Source: a bacterium
Lineage (GTDB): Bacteria > SAR324 > JACQKK01
Direction of reading: 5' to 3'
Assembly (NCBI GenBank): GCA_041476685.1
Contig: JBGOTW010000002.1
Coordinates: 1-51,890 of the forward strand
DNA: 51,890 nt
Position numbers and translations under genes: made by a program. The notes beneath the pieces were generated by a model that worked only from the letters and a program-made list of their open reading frames with translations, was not told where the DNA came from and did not search any database. Shown here piece by piece: positions 7,651 to 16,044 of the stretch. Position 1 is the first letter of the stretch. Each line of letters begins with the position of its first letter.

Positions 7651-9242
7651 CGGCGCTCCCGGAACGCGCGCGGCCGACCGAGTATCCGTTCAGGGCCGCT
7701 CGCGGGGTTGCCGTCGGCCGGAGTCGGGCCCGCCAGCGGCGCGCCGAGGCTGGTCACGGAGCCTGGCCTGTCCAGCTCGGCCTCCGGCTCCGGGAAGGCC
7801 ATGGCACGCACGCGAGGCTCGTCGCTGAGCATGCCGGACCGACTGCCTCCGAGTTGGCCAAGCTGGCCGGAGATGCGCTCGAGCAGCAGGAGCGTGTCGT
7901 GCGTCAGCACGCGTAGCTGGAGCAGGTCGTGCTCCGTGCGCTCGGCGGGTTCGGGCGGCGCCGCGGGCGCCTGTGCGGGCTGGGCCTGCGCAGCCACTTG
8001 ATCGAGCTTGGTGGTCAACTCGCGCATCGCCTGGCCGACCTGGGTGAAGCCGCGCTGCTGCTGCTCGAGGTGGCGGGGATCGAACACCTGGCTGAAGGCA
8101 CGCACGGCATTGCGCAATTCGTGGACGACGTCCGCGGAGCGCGCGGCCAGCACGCCGCTGTCCATACCGCGATGCAGCTCGGTGAACTCGCTGAGCTGCC
8201 GCGAAAGCTGTTCCAGCGACTCGCTGAAGCGGCGCTCGCCAAGACTCGGCCCGCTCGCGTATGGCACGAGGCTTGGGCCCTGCGCGGATTGCACCGCGCC
8301 CGCCCGGTCCAGCACGGCCTGCTGAGTGGGCAGGATGAACATGGCCATGAGCATCTGCAGCGTGCTCAGAATCTCGTTCATGGCCCGTTCGTTGCGCATG
8401 TGCAGCGGCCGCAGCACCAGCACAAACAGGTTGGCCAGCAGCGTGGTGCCCAGCGCCGTGCCGAATCCGGTCAGGATCGAGAGTTCCGGCGCCAAGGCAT
8501 TGACGTGGAACGCCTGGAACATCTGGGTCAGGCCGATCAGCGTGCCGAGCAGCCCCAGCTGGGGCAGGACTTCGATCAGCGTCCAGGTGAGCTTCATGCC
8601 TCGCTGGGACAGCAGCGTCTGGATGTCGGTAATGGAGGCGTCCTGATACACCCAGGTGCGTCGCGCGCCCGACTCAAACGTGCGTAGGATGTTCTGATAG
8701 TGTATTTGCATCAGGCTGCTGCGGAACACGGTCTTCTTGCGCCACGCCAGCAGGCCCGGCTTGGCCTCCGCCTTCCGCTCCGCCTCGGCCTCGGCTTCCT
8801 CGCTGCTGCTGCGCTTGTTGATCATCTCCCCGTCCAGATCGAGGCGATGGGCCTCCAGGTGGAAGAAGACGCCGTCGCGGAACGTCACGAGCAACGCCAA
8901 GCCGAAGACACCGAAGATCGCACCATAGATCAGGTACGTGGCCCAGGTCGGGGTCGCGTACGCAAGGCCGAGGGCACCCCCGGCCAACAGCAAATACAGT
9001 ACGTTCCATTGCAGCGGCGAGCTCAGGTCCACGCGGTGCGGGGGCAGCTCTATGCGCTGGCCGTCCTTGCGGTCCTGCGCGTCGCGCAGCTTCTGGTCGG
9101 CGAATTCGCGCCAGGAGGGCAGGTTCTCGATCACGCGCTGCTCGATGTGCCGCGAGCTCAGCAAGCCGAGCAGCCAGCCAATGGGGAAGTGCGAGGTAGT
9201 TCGGGTCCGCCCGCCGCCCATCTTGGAGAACGGGTTGTGCAT
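7647..9242 (-). CDS. MotA/TolQ/ExbB-family proton-channel protein with MotA-like 2+2 TM topology and a long C-terminal helical tail
   Basis: 531 aa. Two TMs lie at about residues 88-133, followed by a charged loop of about 95 aa. The family signature follows: TWTLIEVLPQLGLLGTLIGLTQMF ... LSILTGFGTALGTTLLANLFVLVLRPL. After that comes about 230 aa of Q/E/R/L-rich helical sequence. Confidence 0.8.
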   Translation of the reverse strand: MHNPFSKMGGGRTRTTSHFPIGWLLGLLSSRHIEQRVIENLPSWREFADQKLRDAQDRKDGQRIELPPHRVDLSSPLQWNVLYLLLAGGALGLAYATPTWATYLIYGAIFGVFGLALLVTFRDGVFFHLEAHRLDLDGEMINKRSSSEEAEAEAERKAEAKPGLLAWRKKTVFRSSLMQIHYQNILRTFESGARRTWVYQDASITDIQTLLSQRGMKLTWTLIEVLPQLGLLGTLIGLTQMFQAFHVNALAPELSILTGFGTALGTTLLANLFVLVLRPLHMRNERAMNEILSTLQMLMAMFILPTQQAVLDRAGAVQSAQGPSLVPYASGPSLGERRFSESLEQLSRQLSEFTELHRGMDSGVLAARSADVVHELRNAVRAFSQVFDPRHLEQQQRGFTQVGQAMRELTTKLDQVAAQAQPAQAPAAPPEPAERTEHDLLQLRVLTHDTLLLLERISGQLGQLGGSRSGMLSDEPRVRAMAFPEPEAELDRPGSVTSLGAPLAGPTPADGNPASGPERILGRPRAFRERR

Positions 9243-9627
9243 GGGTTGTCCCTAGCGAGAGAAGCGCCCGGTCCGGTGTCGCGCTCCATTCCGCGACCCG
9301 CGTGCCCGCGAGGCGGTGCTTGTCTCCGGATCGGACTTGAATTATGGGGGATTTCCTCCGGCATGGCAAACTTGCGAGCCGCGTTTACCATGCGTCGCTG
9401 CGGCATGGCACCGACTCCGCTCGCCCGCGTGGAACGGGCCTCCCGGGCCACTTTTCCGAGTTCGTTCCGCCGCCTGGCACTGCATGCACGGTGCTCGATG
9501 CCGAATGCCGGCGCGCTTTGGGACCAGCACGCAATCCGGAACGGGGCAAGGGCAATTGCGTCCGCCCGCCTGAACGGTCACGATTGGAGTTTCCGCACAC
9601 GGTGCAACCCTTGACCCGGAGCGCTCC

Positions 9628-10443
9628 ATGAAAGTGATCCCGATCCCGTGCCTGAAGGACAACTACGCCTACCTCCTCGTTGACGATCAGACCGGCGAGG
9701 CGGGCGTGGTGGATCCGTCGGAAGCGCCGCCGGTAGAGGCTGCGCTCAAGCTGGCGGGCGTGCGCCTGAGTGCGATCCTCAATACGCACCATCACTGGGA
9801 CCACACCGGGGGGAACAAGCCCCTGCTGGGCGCGCATCCGAAGCTCAAGGTGTATGGACACGCCTCGGACCGGGGCCGCATCGATGGCCAGACCGATGCC
9901 CTGCAGCACGGCCAGGAATTCGCGCTGGGCACGCTGCGCCTGCGCGCCCTGCACAATCCCGGACACACGACCGGCGCCGTCAGCTACGCGGTCGGAGACG
10001 CCGTATTCACGGGCGACACGATGTTCGCCGCCGGCTGCGGGCGGCTGTTCGAGGGCACACCGGAAATGATGCACGCCTCGCTGTGCAAGGTGATCGGGAG
10101 CCTGCCCCGCCCCACGCGCATCTTCTTCGGGCACGAGTACACCGAGAACAACCTGCGCTTCGCTGCGGCGGTCGAGCCGGACAACGCGGCCGTGCTCGCA
10201 AAGCTGGCGCGGGTGCGCACGTTGCGCACCTCGGGCGGGATCACCACCCCTTCCACGCTGGAGGAGGAATGGGCGACTAACCCGTTCATGCGCTTCGATA
10301 GCCCGACCCTGCGCAAGCACGTACAGGCTGCGGACCCAGGCAACGACCTGAGCCCGGTCTCCGTGCTGGGAGCGGTGCGCAGGATGAAGGACAACTTCGG
10401 AGTCGGAAGCGGGCCGCACTCCTCCGCCTCGCTGCGAGTGTGA
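9628..10443 (+). CDS. gloB: Hydroxyacylglutathione hydrolase (glyoxalase II), MBL fold
   Basis: 271 aa. It reads MKVIPIPCLKDNYAYLL...NTHHHWDHTGGN...HNPGHTTGAVSY...FTGDTMFAAGCGRLFEG...GHEYTENNLRFA...TTPSTLEEEWATNPFMR, which is the canonical GloB motif order. Confidence 0.9.
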   Translation: MKVIPIPCLKDNYAYLLVDDQTGEAGVVDPSEAPPVEAALKLAGVRLSAILNTHHHWDHTGGNKPLLGAHPKLKVYGHASDRGRIDGQTDALQHGQEFALGTLRLRALHNPGHTTGAVSYAVGDAVFTGDTMFAAGCGRLFEGTPEMMHASLCKVIGSLPRPTRIFFGHEYTENNLRFAAAVEPDNAAVLAKLARVRTLRTSGGITTPSTLEEEWATNPFMRFDSPTLRKHVQAADPGNDLSPVSVLGAVRRMKDNFGVGSGPHSSASLRV

Positions 10444-10780
10444 GCGCAGGCCCGCGTTCGGACCCGTGCGGATCGGCCGGCGCACCGCAACAGGCAGACG
10501 GATTCCCCCCGCACCGGAATCGGACCGCGCAGCTCCCGCCCGCCCCGGCCCCGGAGGGCGGGCCGTATGGCGCAAGTCACTTGACGCGGGTCAATCCCAC
10601 GCGGATTCGGCGCACCGGCGGGTTTGACTTCGGCTAGAATTGACCGTAGCAAAGGACGGCGAATTTCCCGGCGCGCCCGCGGCAACCCGTCCCGCAAAGG
10701 TTGGGACGCGAGCGGCCGTGCGGACGGATCCCCGGCGCACACCACCAATCCCCTTTTTTTCGCAACGAGGAGAACGCAGC

Positions 10781-12013
10781 GTGGCCAAAATCAAGGTGAA
10801 GAATCCGGTAGTGGAGCTCGACGGCGACGAGATGACCCGCATCATCTGGGCCGACATCAGGAACAAGCTGATCCTGCCCTACCTGGATGTGGACCTGAAA
10901 TACTACGACCTCAGCGTACAGTACCGCGATAAGACGAGCGACCAGGTCACGGTGGACGCGGCCAACGCCATCCGGCAGTACAGCGTCGGCGTCAAGTGCG
11001 CGACGATCACCCCGGACGAGGACCGCGTCAAGGAGTTCGGGTTGAAGAAGATGTGGAAGAGCCCGAACGGCACTCTGCGCAATATCCTCGGTGGCACGAT
11101 CTTCCGTGAACCGATCGTCTGCAAGAACATTCCCAAGCTCGTGCCCGCCTGGACCAAGCCCATCGTCATCGGCCGTCACGCCCATGCCGACCAGTACAAG
11201 GCCACGGATGTCATCGTTCCGGGCAAGGGATCGCTCAAGATGGTCTTTCAGCCCGACGGCGGGGGCAAGGCCCAGGAGTGGGAAATCAACAAGTTCGACG
11301 GCCCGGGCATCGGGATGGGCATGTTCAATACCGACCAGTCCATCACCGACTTCGCGAAGGCATGCTTCCAGTATGCGCTTATGCGAAAGCTCCCGATGTA
11401 CCTGAGCACGAAGAACACCATCCTGAAAACCTACGACGGGCGCTTCCGCGACATCTTCGCCCAGGTCTTCGAGAAGGAATACCAGACGCAGTTCAAGTCC
11501 GCCGGCCTCACCTACGAGCATCGCCTCATCGACGACATGGTCGCCTCCGTGCTGAAGTGGAGCGGCGGCATCCTGTGGGCGTGCAAGAACTACGACGGGG
11601 ACGTGCAGTCCGACACGGTCGCCCAGGGCTTCGGTTCGCTCGGCCTGATGTCCTCCGTGTTGCTATGCGCGGACGGTAAGACGATGGAAGCCGAGGCGGC
11701 CCACGGCACGGTGACGCGCCACTACCGCATGCACCAGCAGGGCAAGCCCACCAGCACCAATCCCATCGCCAGCATCTTCGCCTGGACGCGCGGACTGGCC
11801 CATCGCGGCCGCCTGGACGGGACGCCCGACGTGGTGAAATTCTGCGATACGCTGGAGAAGGTGTGCGTGGACACCGTGGAAAGCGGCAAGATGACGAAAG
11901 ACCTCGCCGCCAGCATTCACAACACCATCAATCCGCCCGAGGGCACCTTCCAGAGCACGCAGCAGTTCATGGATACCCTCTCCGGCAACCTGAAGCGGGC
12001 GCTGGGCGCCTGA
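10781..12013 (+). CDS. icd: NADP-dependent isocitrate dehydrogenase (eukaryotic-like homodimeric subfamily)
   Basis: I trimmed the tracked ORF to the GTG at 10781, which is preceded by GAGGAG 8 nt upstream. The product begins (M)[22 protein letters not shown]...CATITPDE...GGTIFREPI...[14 protein letters not shown], as in IDH1-type enzymes (410 aa). Confidence 0.9.
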   Translation: MAKIKVKNPVVELDGDEMTRIIWADIRNKLILPYLDVDLKYYDLSVQYRDKTSDQVTVDAANAIRQYSVGVKCATITPDEDRVKEFGLKKMWKSPNGTLRNILGGTIFREPIVCKNIPKLVPAWTKPIVIGRHAHADQYKATDVIVPGKGSLKMVFQPDGGGKAQEWEINKFDGPGIGMGMFNTDQSITDFAKACFQYALMRKLPMYLSTKNTILKTYDGRFRDIFAQVFEKEYQTQFKSAGLTYEHRLIDDMVASVLKWSGGILWACKNYDGDVQSDTVAQGFGSLGLMSSVLLCADGKTMEAEAAHGTVTRHYRMHQQGKPTSTNPIASIFAWTRGLAHRGRLDGTPDVVKFCDTLEKVCVDTVESGKMTKDLAASIHNTINPPEGTFQSTQQFMDTLSGNLKRALGA

Positions 12014-12029
12014 GGCACGGCTGCACCGA

Positions 12030-12053
12030 GCGCGGCCGGGCGGCCGGCCGCGC
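12030..12053 (+). terminator. Perfect 10-bp GC hairpin 17 nt after the icd stop (terminator-like, no U-tract)
   Basis: GCGCGGCCGG-GCGG-CCGGCCGCGC read directly from the sequence. No T-run follows, so function as an intrinsic terminator is uncertain. Confidence 0.45.
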
Positions 12054-12120
12054 CATCCAAGGGGAAGGCACCTCCCCGCAACCGCTCGCGCACTGCGGCG
12101 ACACGGCCTGCCGTGCGGGA

Positions 12121-12879
12121 CTAAGCTCCTTCCTCGAGGAACTGCTCCAGGCGGCGATTGACCTGCGCGTACTGGGTGACGAAGGGCACGTGCCCGGCGC
12201 CCCGGCACAGGAAGAACGCCGAATGACGCAGCAGCTTGCGCAGCAGCTCCCCCTGCCATACCGGGCAGAGGCGATCTTCCTCCCCCTGCACGACCAGCAC
12301 GCGGCAGTCCAGGTGCGGAAGCACCTCAAGGTAGTCGTGACTGGCCAGGGTGTCGAAGGCCAGCTTAAGGAAGTCGCTCGCCTCGAACGGAGTCGGCTGC
12401 TTCGCCTCGGGTAGAGCCTCCTCGGCGGCACTGAAGGCCAGCTGGTGGTAGTGGCGCAGCATCTGGCGCGGATCGTCGTGCAGCTCCTTGCGCATCTCCG
12501 CCACGCGCTCCGGTGCCTGCCCGGACAGGTAGTTTCCGCCATTGGTGAAGCGAGCAAATCCGCCCAGCAGCACCAGCGCGCCGGGTTGCAGGCCGCGCTG
12601 AATCAGCTCGTAGGCGATGTAGGCGCCCAGCCCGTGCGCAAGGATCGCCTTGGGTTTTCGGTCCGCCGAATCAAGCTGCTGCTCGATGCCCAGGCTGACG
12701 TGCTCGAGCAGGTTTTCGTGGGTCGCCTCGGCGGGGCAGGGGTCGAGATTATAGTCCACCACCAGATTGCGGTACCGCCCGCGGAAGAATTCGACCTGTC
12801 GGTTCCACACTTGGGACTGGAAACCCCAGTCGTGCAGGTAGAGCAGGGCCGGTCCTTGGCCCACCACTTCCAGCCTCAT
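12121..12879 (-). CDS. Alpha/beta-hydrolase fold protein (BioH-like size), nucleophile elbow apparently AHGLG instead of GxSxG
   Basis: 252 aa. It has LLYLHDWGFQSQVW (HG-type oxyanion region), AILAHGLGAYIAYEL at the elbow position, VVQGEEDRLCP and GAGHVPFV (acid and His positions). It starts 21 nt downstream of lpxB on the same strand. Confidence 0.75.
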   Translation of the reverse strand: MRLEVVGQGPALLYLHDWGFQSQVWNRQVEFFRGRYRNLVVDYNLDPCPAEATHENLLEHVSLGIEQQLDSADRKPKAILAHGLGAYIAYELIQRGLQPGALVLLGGFARFTNGGNYLSGQAPERVAEMRKELHDDPRQMLRHYHQLAFSAAEEALPEAKQPTPFEASDFLKLAFDTLASHDYLEVLPHLDCRVLVVQGEEDRLCPVWQGELLRKLLRHSAFFLCRGAGHVPFVTQYAQVNRRLEQFLEEGA

Positions 12880-12900
12880 GGCATCCTCCTTTGTCTCGGC

Positions 12901-14067
12901 TCAATGGGCGCCAGGCCCAGCGGGCGGCACGCCGCGCCCGGCCTGCAGGGTCTCGGCAATTCGCGCGGCGGCCCGCTCGTAGGCCCCCGGGCTACCCAAC
13001 GCGTTCGTCGCCTCCAGCAAGCCACGCCGCATCTCCGCCTGCCGCTCCGGCTGGCGCGCCAGAGCCAGCAGCGCATCCCGCACGCGTTGCGGCGTCAGCG
13101 CGTCCTGCAGCAGCTCCGGCACGACTTCCCGCCCCGCCAGGATGTTCACGATCGCGAAGTGCCGCACGTAGGCGAAGCGCCGCGCGATCCAATAGCTCAA
13201 CGGCGCCACCCGGTACACCACCACGAACGGGATCCCCGCCAGCGCCACCTGCAACGTCGCCGTGCCGGAGGCGACCAGGCCGAGCCGGGCGAGCCTGAGC
13301 AGCGGCAGGAATGCCCGCTCCTCCACCCGCACTGGCACGCCCACCTCGGCCACCACCCGCCGCACTTCGGCCGCATCGAGGTTCGGCGCCACGGGCAGCA
13401 CCCAGCGTCCCTGCCAGCCCGACTGCTCGATCAGGCGGACGCCCGCCAGCAGGAGGGGCAGGATGCGCTTGAGCTCGCTGGGCCGGCTGCCCGGCATAAC
13501 CGCGACGATGGGCGCGCCCTCCGCACCCCCCAGCCGCGCCTGGAGCGCAGCAACCTCCTCGGACGACGCTCGCTCTCCCACCAGCGGATGGCCGAGGAAT
13601 TCCACGTTCACGCCGGCCTGCTCGTAGAGGTCCCGCTCGAAAGGGAAGAGCACGATCATCTTGTCCACGACGCGGGCGATGGTCTTCAACCGACCGCCTC
13701 GCCACGCCCAGATCTGCGGGCTCGAATAGTACACGACCCGGATGCCCCGCGCCTTCGCCGCCGTCGCCAGCTTGAGGTTGAAGCCCGGATAATCGATCAG
13801 CAGCACCGCGTCGGGCCGCTCGCTGTCGAGCGCGGATTCCAGCCGCCACAGGATGCGGTAGAGCCGGGGCAGGTGGGCCAGCACTTCCAACAGCCCGTGT
13901 ACCTGCAACTCGGCTAGATCGTACAGGGCGCGCAGGCCCGCCGCCCGCATGCGCGGGCCGCCGATCCCGAACGCATCGAGCTCCGGCAAGCGCGCCTTCA
14001 GGCCGGCCAGCAGGGCTCCGCCGTGGGTGTCGCCGGACAGCTCGCCGGCCACAATCATCAATTTCAT
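12901..14067 (-). CDS. lpxB: Lipid-A-disaccharide synthase
   Basis: Trimmed to the ATG at 14067. The product begins MKLMIVAGELSGDTHGGALLAGLKARLPELDAFGIGGPRM...LIDYPGFNLKLA...VYYSSPQIWAWR...LPGSRPSE...ASGTATLQVALAGIPFVVVYRV (388 aa), a typical LpxB. Confidence 0.9.
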   Translation of the reverse strand: MKLMIVAGELSGDTHGGALLAGLKARLPELDAFGIGGPRMRAAGLRALYDLAELQVHGLLEVLAHLPRLYRILWRLESALDSERPDAVLLIDYPGFNLKLATAAKARGIRVVYYSSPQIWAWRGGRLKTIARVVDKMIVLFPFERDLYEQAGVNVEFLGHPLVGERASSEEVAALQARLGGAEGAPIVAVMPGSRPSELKRILPLLLAGVRLIEQSGWQGRWVLPVAPNLDAAEVRRVVAEVGVPVRVEERAFLPLLRLARLGLVASGTATLQVALAGIPFVVVYRVAPLSYWIARRFAYVRHFAIVNILAGREVVPELLQDALTPQRVRDALLALARQPERQAEMRRGLLEATNALGSPGAYERAAARIAETLQAGRGVPPAGPGAH

Positions 14068-14394
14068 GCCGTTCCAGAGCTTGAAGGTGCATACCACGGC
14101 GCTTCCGTCACCATATCGGGTGGCGACGCGGCAATGCAATGAGCGGCCAAGGCATGCGGGCAAACGCGAGAGCGACGCCGAGCGATAGCGTCCCAGGCTG
14201 CGGTACTGGGGGCTATTACAACTGTGGCTGTTACACCTGAGGCGGCGGTACTTGGGGCGACGGTAGCCGGGGCGTGGCGCACCCGGTTACCGCCCAGCTG
14301 CGTGCGGGGAAGCGGCGTGCGGCGATGGAGCGTCGCCACGCAAGACCGCGAGGCGCGGAAGGTTTGCCGACCCGCCCAGCAAGGTGCTCACCGG

Positions 14395-15096
14395 CTAGGA
14401 GTCGGCGTGCGGTTTGCGCAGAGCCTCCATCCGCTTGCGCTGATCGAGGATCCAAGCACTGAGGGTCGCCTGATCGTGCACCGGCAGGTCGTAGCGACGC
14501 TCGACGATGACGTGCTCGAGTTCCGGAACGAGGTAAGTGTAGAAGTGATTGCGCCAGTCCGGCATGCGCGGCAGATAAGGCCGATAGACGATTTGGCCAA
14601 TCCCGACCTGCTTGTGAAAGCGGAACTCGTCGGTGAGATGATTGGGCGCGATGAAGAAGGCCTCGACCTCGACCACGTCGGTGGGGATGGAGATGCTGAA
14701 CGTGCCGTCGGGCCTGATAGCGGCCAGGTGCGCGGTCGGATGCGTGAGAATCACGCCCGGCTCGACCTCCGCGAACAGATAATGCTGCTTGTAGACCAGG
14801 ATCAGGGGCGGGCCGCTGGACTCCGATTCGCTCATGTCGAGCACGCCGACGATCTCGGAAGTGCTCATGCCGATGCGGAAGCTTGCCCGGTCGGGCAGAC
14901 AGCCGGATAGCGCGGGCAGCAGCAGTATCCAGGCGAATCCGCTCCATTTTTGGAGCGCCGTGCGTGCCAGACGGGGAAGTCTCGTGCGGAGTCGGGCGTG
15001 CGAATGGAAAGCGCGCACCGGGCACCCGCCCAGTGCGAGTCGCCGCCAATTCGTCAGGATTGCGGCGTCACGACCGACTGTCAGGCGGTCAGGCAA
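14395..15096 (-). CDS. Hypothetical lipoprotein (start uncertain)
   Basis: It carries a lipobox, WILLLPALSGC, after a positively charged stretch. I recognise no family. The real start is probably internal to the tracked 233-aa ORF. It lies directly downstream of rpoZ. Confidence 0.55.
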   Translation of the reverse strand: MPDRLTVGRDAAILTNWRRLALGGCPVRAFHSHARLRTRLPRLARTALQKWSGFAWILLLPALSGCLPDRASFRIGMSTSEIVGVLDMSESESSGPPLILVYKQHYLFAEVEPGVILTHPTAHLAAIRPDGTFSISIPTDVVEVEAFFIAPNHLTDEFRFHKQVGIGQIVYRPYLPRMPDWRNHFYTYLVPELEHVIVERRYDLPVHDQATLSAWILDQRKRMEALRKPHADS

Positions 15097-15099
15097 GCC

Positions 15100-15351
15100 C
15101 TATTCCTCCTCCTCTTCCTCAGCCGCCGGAGCAGGCAGCTCGGTCGGCTCTTCTTCCCGATAGCTCGAATAGATCTTCTTCGCCCGGATTTCCTCGAGCG
15201 CGATGTAGGTGTCCTTGTGCTCCGTTTCGAGCAGCGGCACCTTTGTGCCCCGATGCAAATCCTTGGCGCGTCTTGCGGCGACCAGCACCTTCTCGAACTG
15301 GGTGACTTCTGCGTCCTTTGGGTACTCTTCGATCAGGCTAAGATAGGTCAT
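15100..15351 (-). CDS. rpoZ: DNA-directed RNA polymerase omega subunit
   Basis: Trimmed to the internal ATG at 15351 (83 aa). The segment TQFEKVLVAARRAKDLHRGTKVPLLETEHKDTYIALEEIRAKKI matches the omega core pattern NRF.LV.LA.KRA.QL..G.......K....AL.EI..GKI. It has an acidic C-terminal tail. Confidence 0.7.
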   Translation of the reverse strand: MTYLSLIEEYPKDAEVTQFEKVLVAARRAKDLHRGTKVPLLETEHKDTYIALEEIRAKKIYSSYREEEPTELPAPAAEEEEEE

Positions 15352-15748
15352 GACCCTCCTGGACCTTTCGGGAATCCCCCGGGCGGGCGCCCGGGATCGC
15401 AACTTGCAAAGCTGTAGTTTGGCAGATCGCCCCAGCCACCACAAGGGCTCGCGCTTGTACGCATGCCCTCCCGCACGATGGCACGTCCCCCCTGAGCGCA
15501 TTCCACGCTGGAATCGGCCTGCCGCTTATTTGGACACCAGCGAACTTTGATGCCACCCGCGTAACCACTCGCCCATAGCAGACGATAACCCGCTAGTCGG
15601 ACCGCCCACTGGATGCCAGCTCCCGTGAAAGCCGGAGTAGGCGCGGGCGGTGCCACGGGCGAGTGTGAAGTCCTGGAACCCCCACCGGGACCAGAGGGGA
15701 AATTGGGGCAAGAAGCTCGCCAATCAGGTACCCAAGCGGAGATGTGCC

Positions 15749-15901
15749 ATGTCCCGACAGATGCGATACGTGTTGGTTGCGATCATGCTCAGCATCACGA
15801 CGATGTCGTTCATGTCCACGGCTTTGGCCCCGATCGTCCATGCGGCTGATGTGGATTGCGCCCAGGATGAGAACAAGGACAAGGACGAGTGCAAGAAGTA
15901 A
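15749..15901 (+). CDS. Small secreted peptide precursor (50 aa; predicted 18-aa mature peptide with two Cys)
   Basis: The ATG at 15749 has GGAG about 9 nt upstream. The product is MSRQMRYVLVAIMLSITTMSFMSTALAPIVHA|ADVDCAQDENKDKDECKK, with an n-region, a hydrophobic core and a VHA-A signal-peptidase-type site. Codon third positions are mostly G/C, as in neighbouring genes. Confidence 0.5.
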   Translation: MSRQMRYVLVAIMLSITTMSFMSTALAPIVHAADVDCAQDENKDKDECKK

Positions 15902-15991
15902 TTCGTCCACCAGCGGCCATTGCCGGGGGCGTGTAGCACCCCCTGGCAATGGCACGTGAATGGAGTTGTAGGGCCAGACGTCCGATCAAAA

Positions 15992-16029
15992 GTGCGCAGG
16001 TTCATCTCCGCGGCGCGCTTTCTTTTTTT
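15992..16029 (+). terminator. Possible intrinsic terminator after the small peptide gene
   Basis: A weak stem, GUGCGC...GCGCGC (with one G-U pair and a 15-nt loop), is followed by TTTCTTTTTTT. That T-tract is a very unusual run in this GC-rich window. Confidence 0.4.
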
Positions 16030-16044
16030 CCGGCTGCCCCTCCT

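Noticed and set aside
5992-9242. Classifying the MotA-like/MotB-like/FliG-like trio as a Zorya defence system, a Ton (ExbBD) system or the canonical flagellar stator.
   Set aside because: It is not Zorya, because no ZorC/ZorD-like genes follow, the B subunit has no peptidoglycan-binding domain, and the third gene is FliG-like instead. It is not Ton/Tol, because there are no tonB, tolA or pal genes and the A subunit has 2+2 TM MotA topology. It is not a canonical stator, because motB lacks OmpA and no flagellar genes are nearby. None of the known labels fits, so I reported it as unexplained.
10626-10655. A sigma-70-like promoter TTGACT-17 nt-TAGCAA upstream of icd, and a GATAAT box 4 nt before the addB-like ATG at 22708.
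   Set aside because: The -10 elements are weak or mispositioned, and I cannot score them without a model. This is not enough evidence to call them features.
14068-14394. A 327-bp gap upstream of lpxB as a possible ncRNA or small gene.
   Set aside because: I could point to no recognisable RNA motif, no repeat, and no ORF with a plausible start or composition. It is most likely just the lpxB promoter region.
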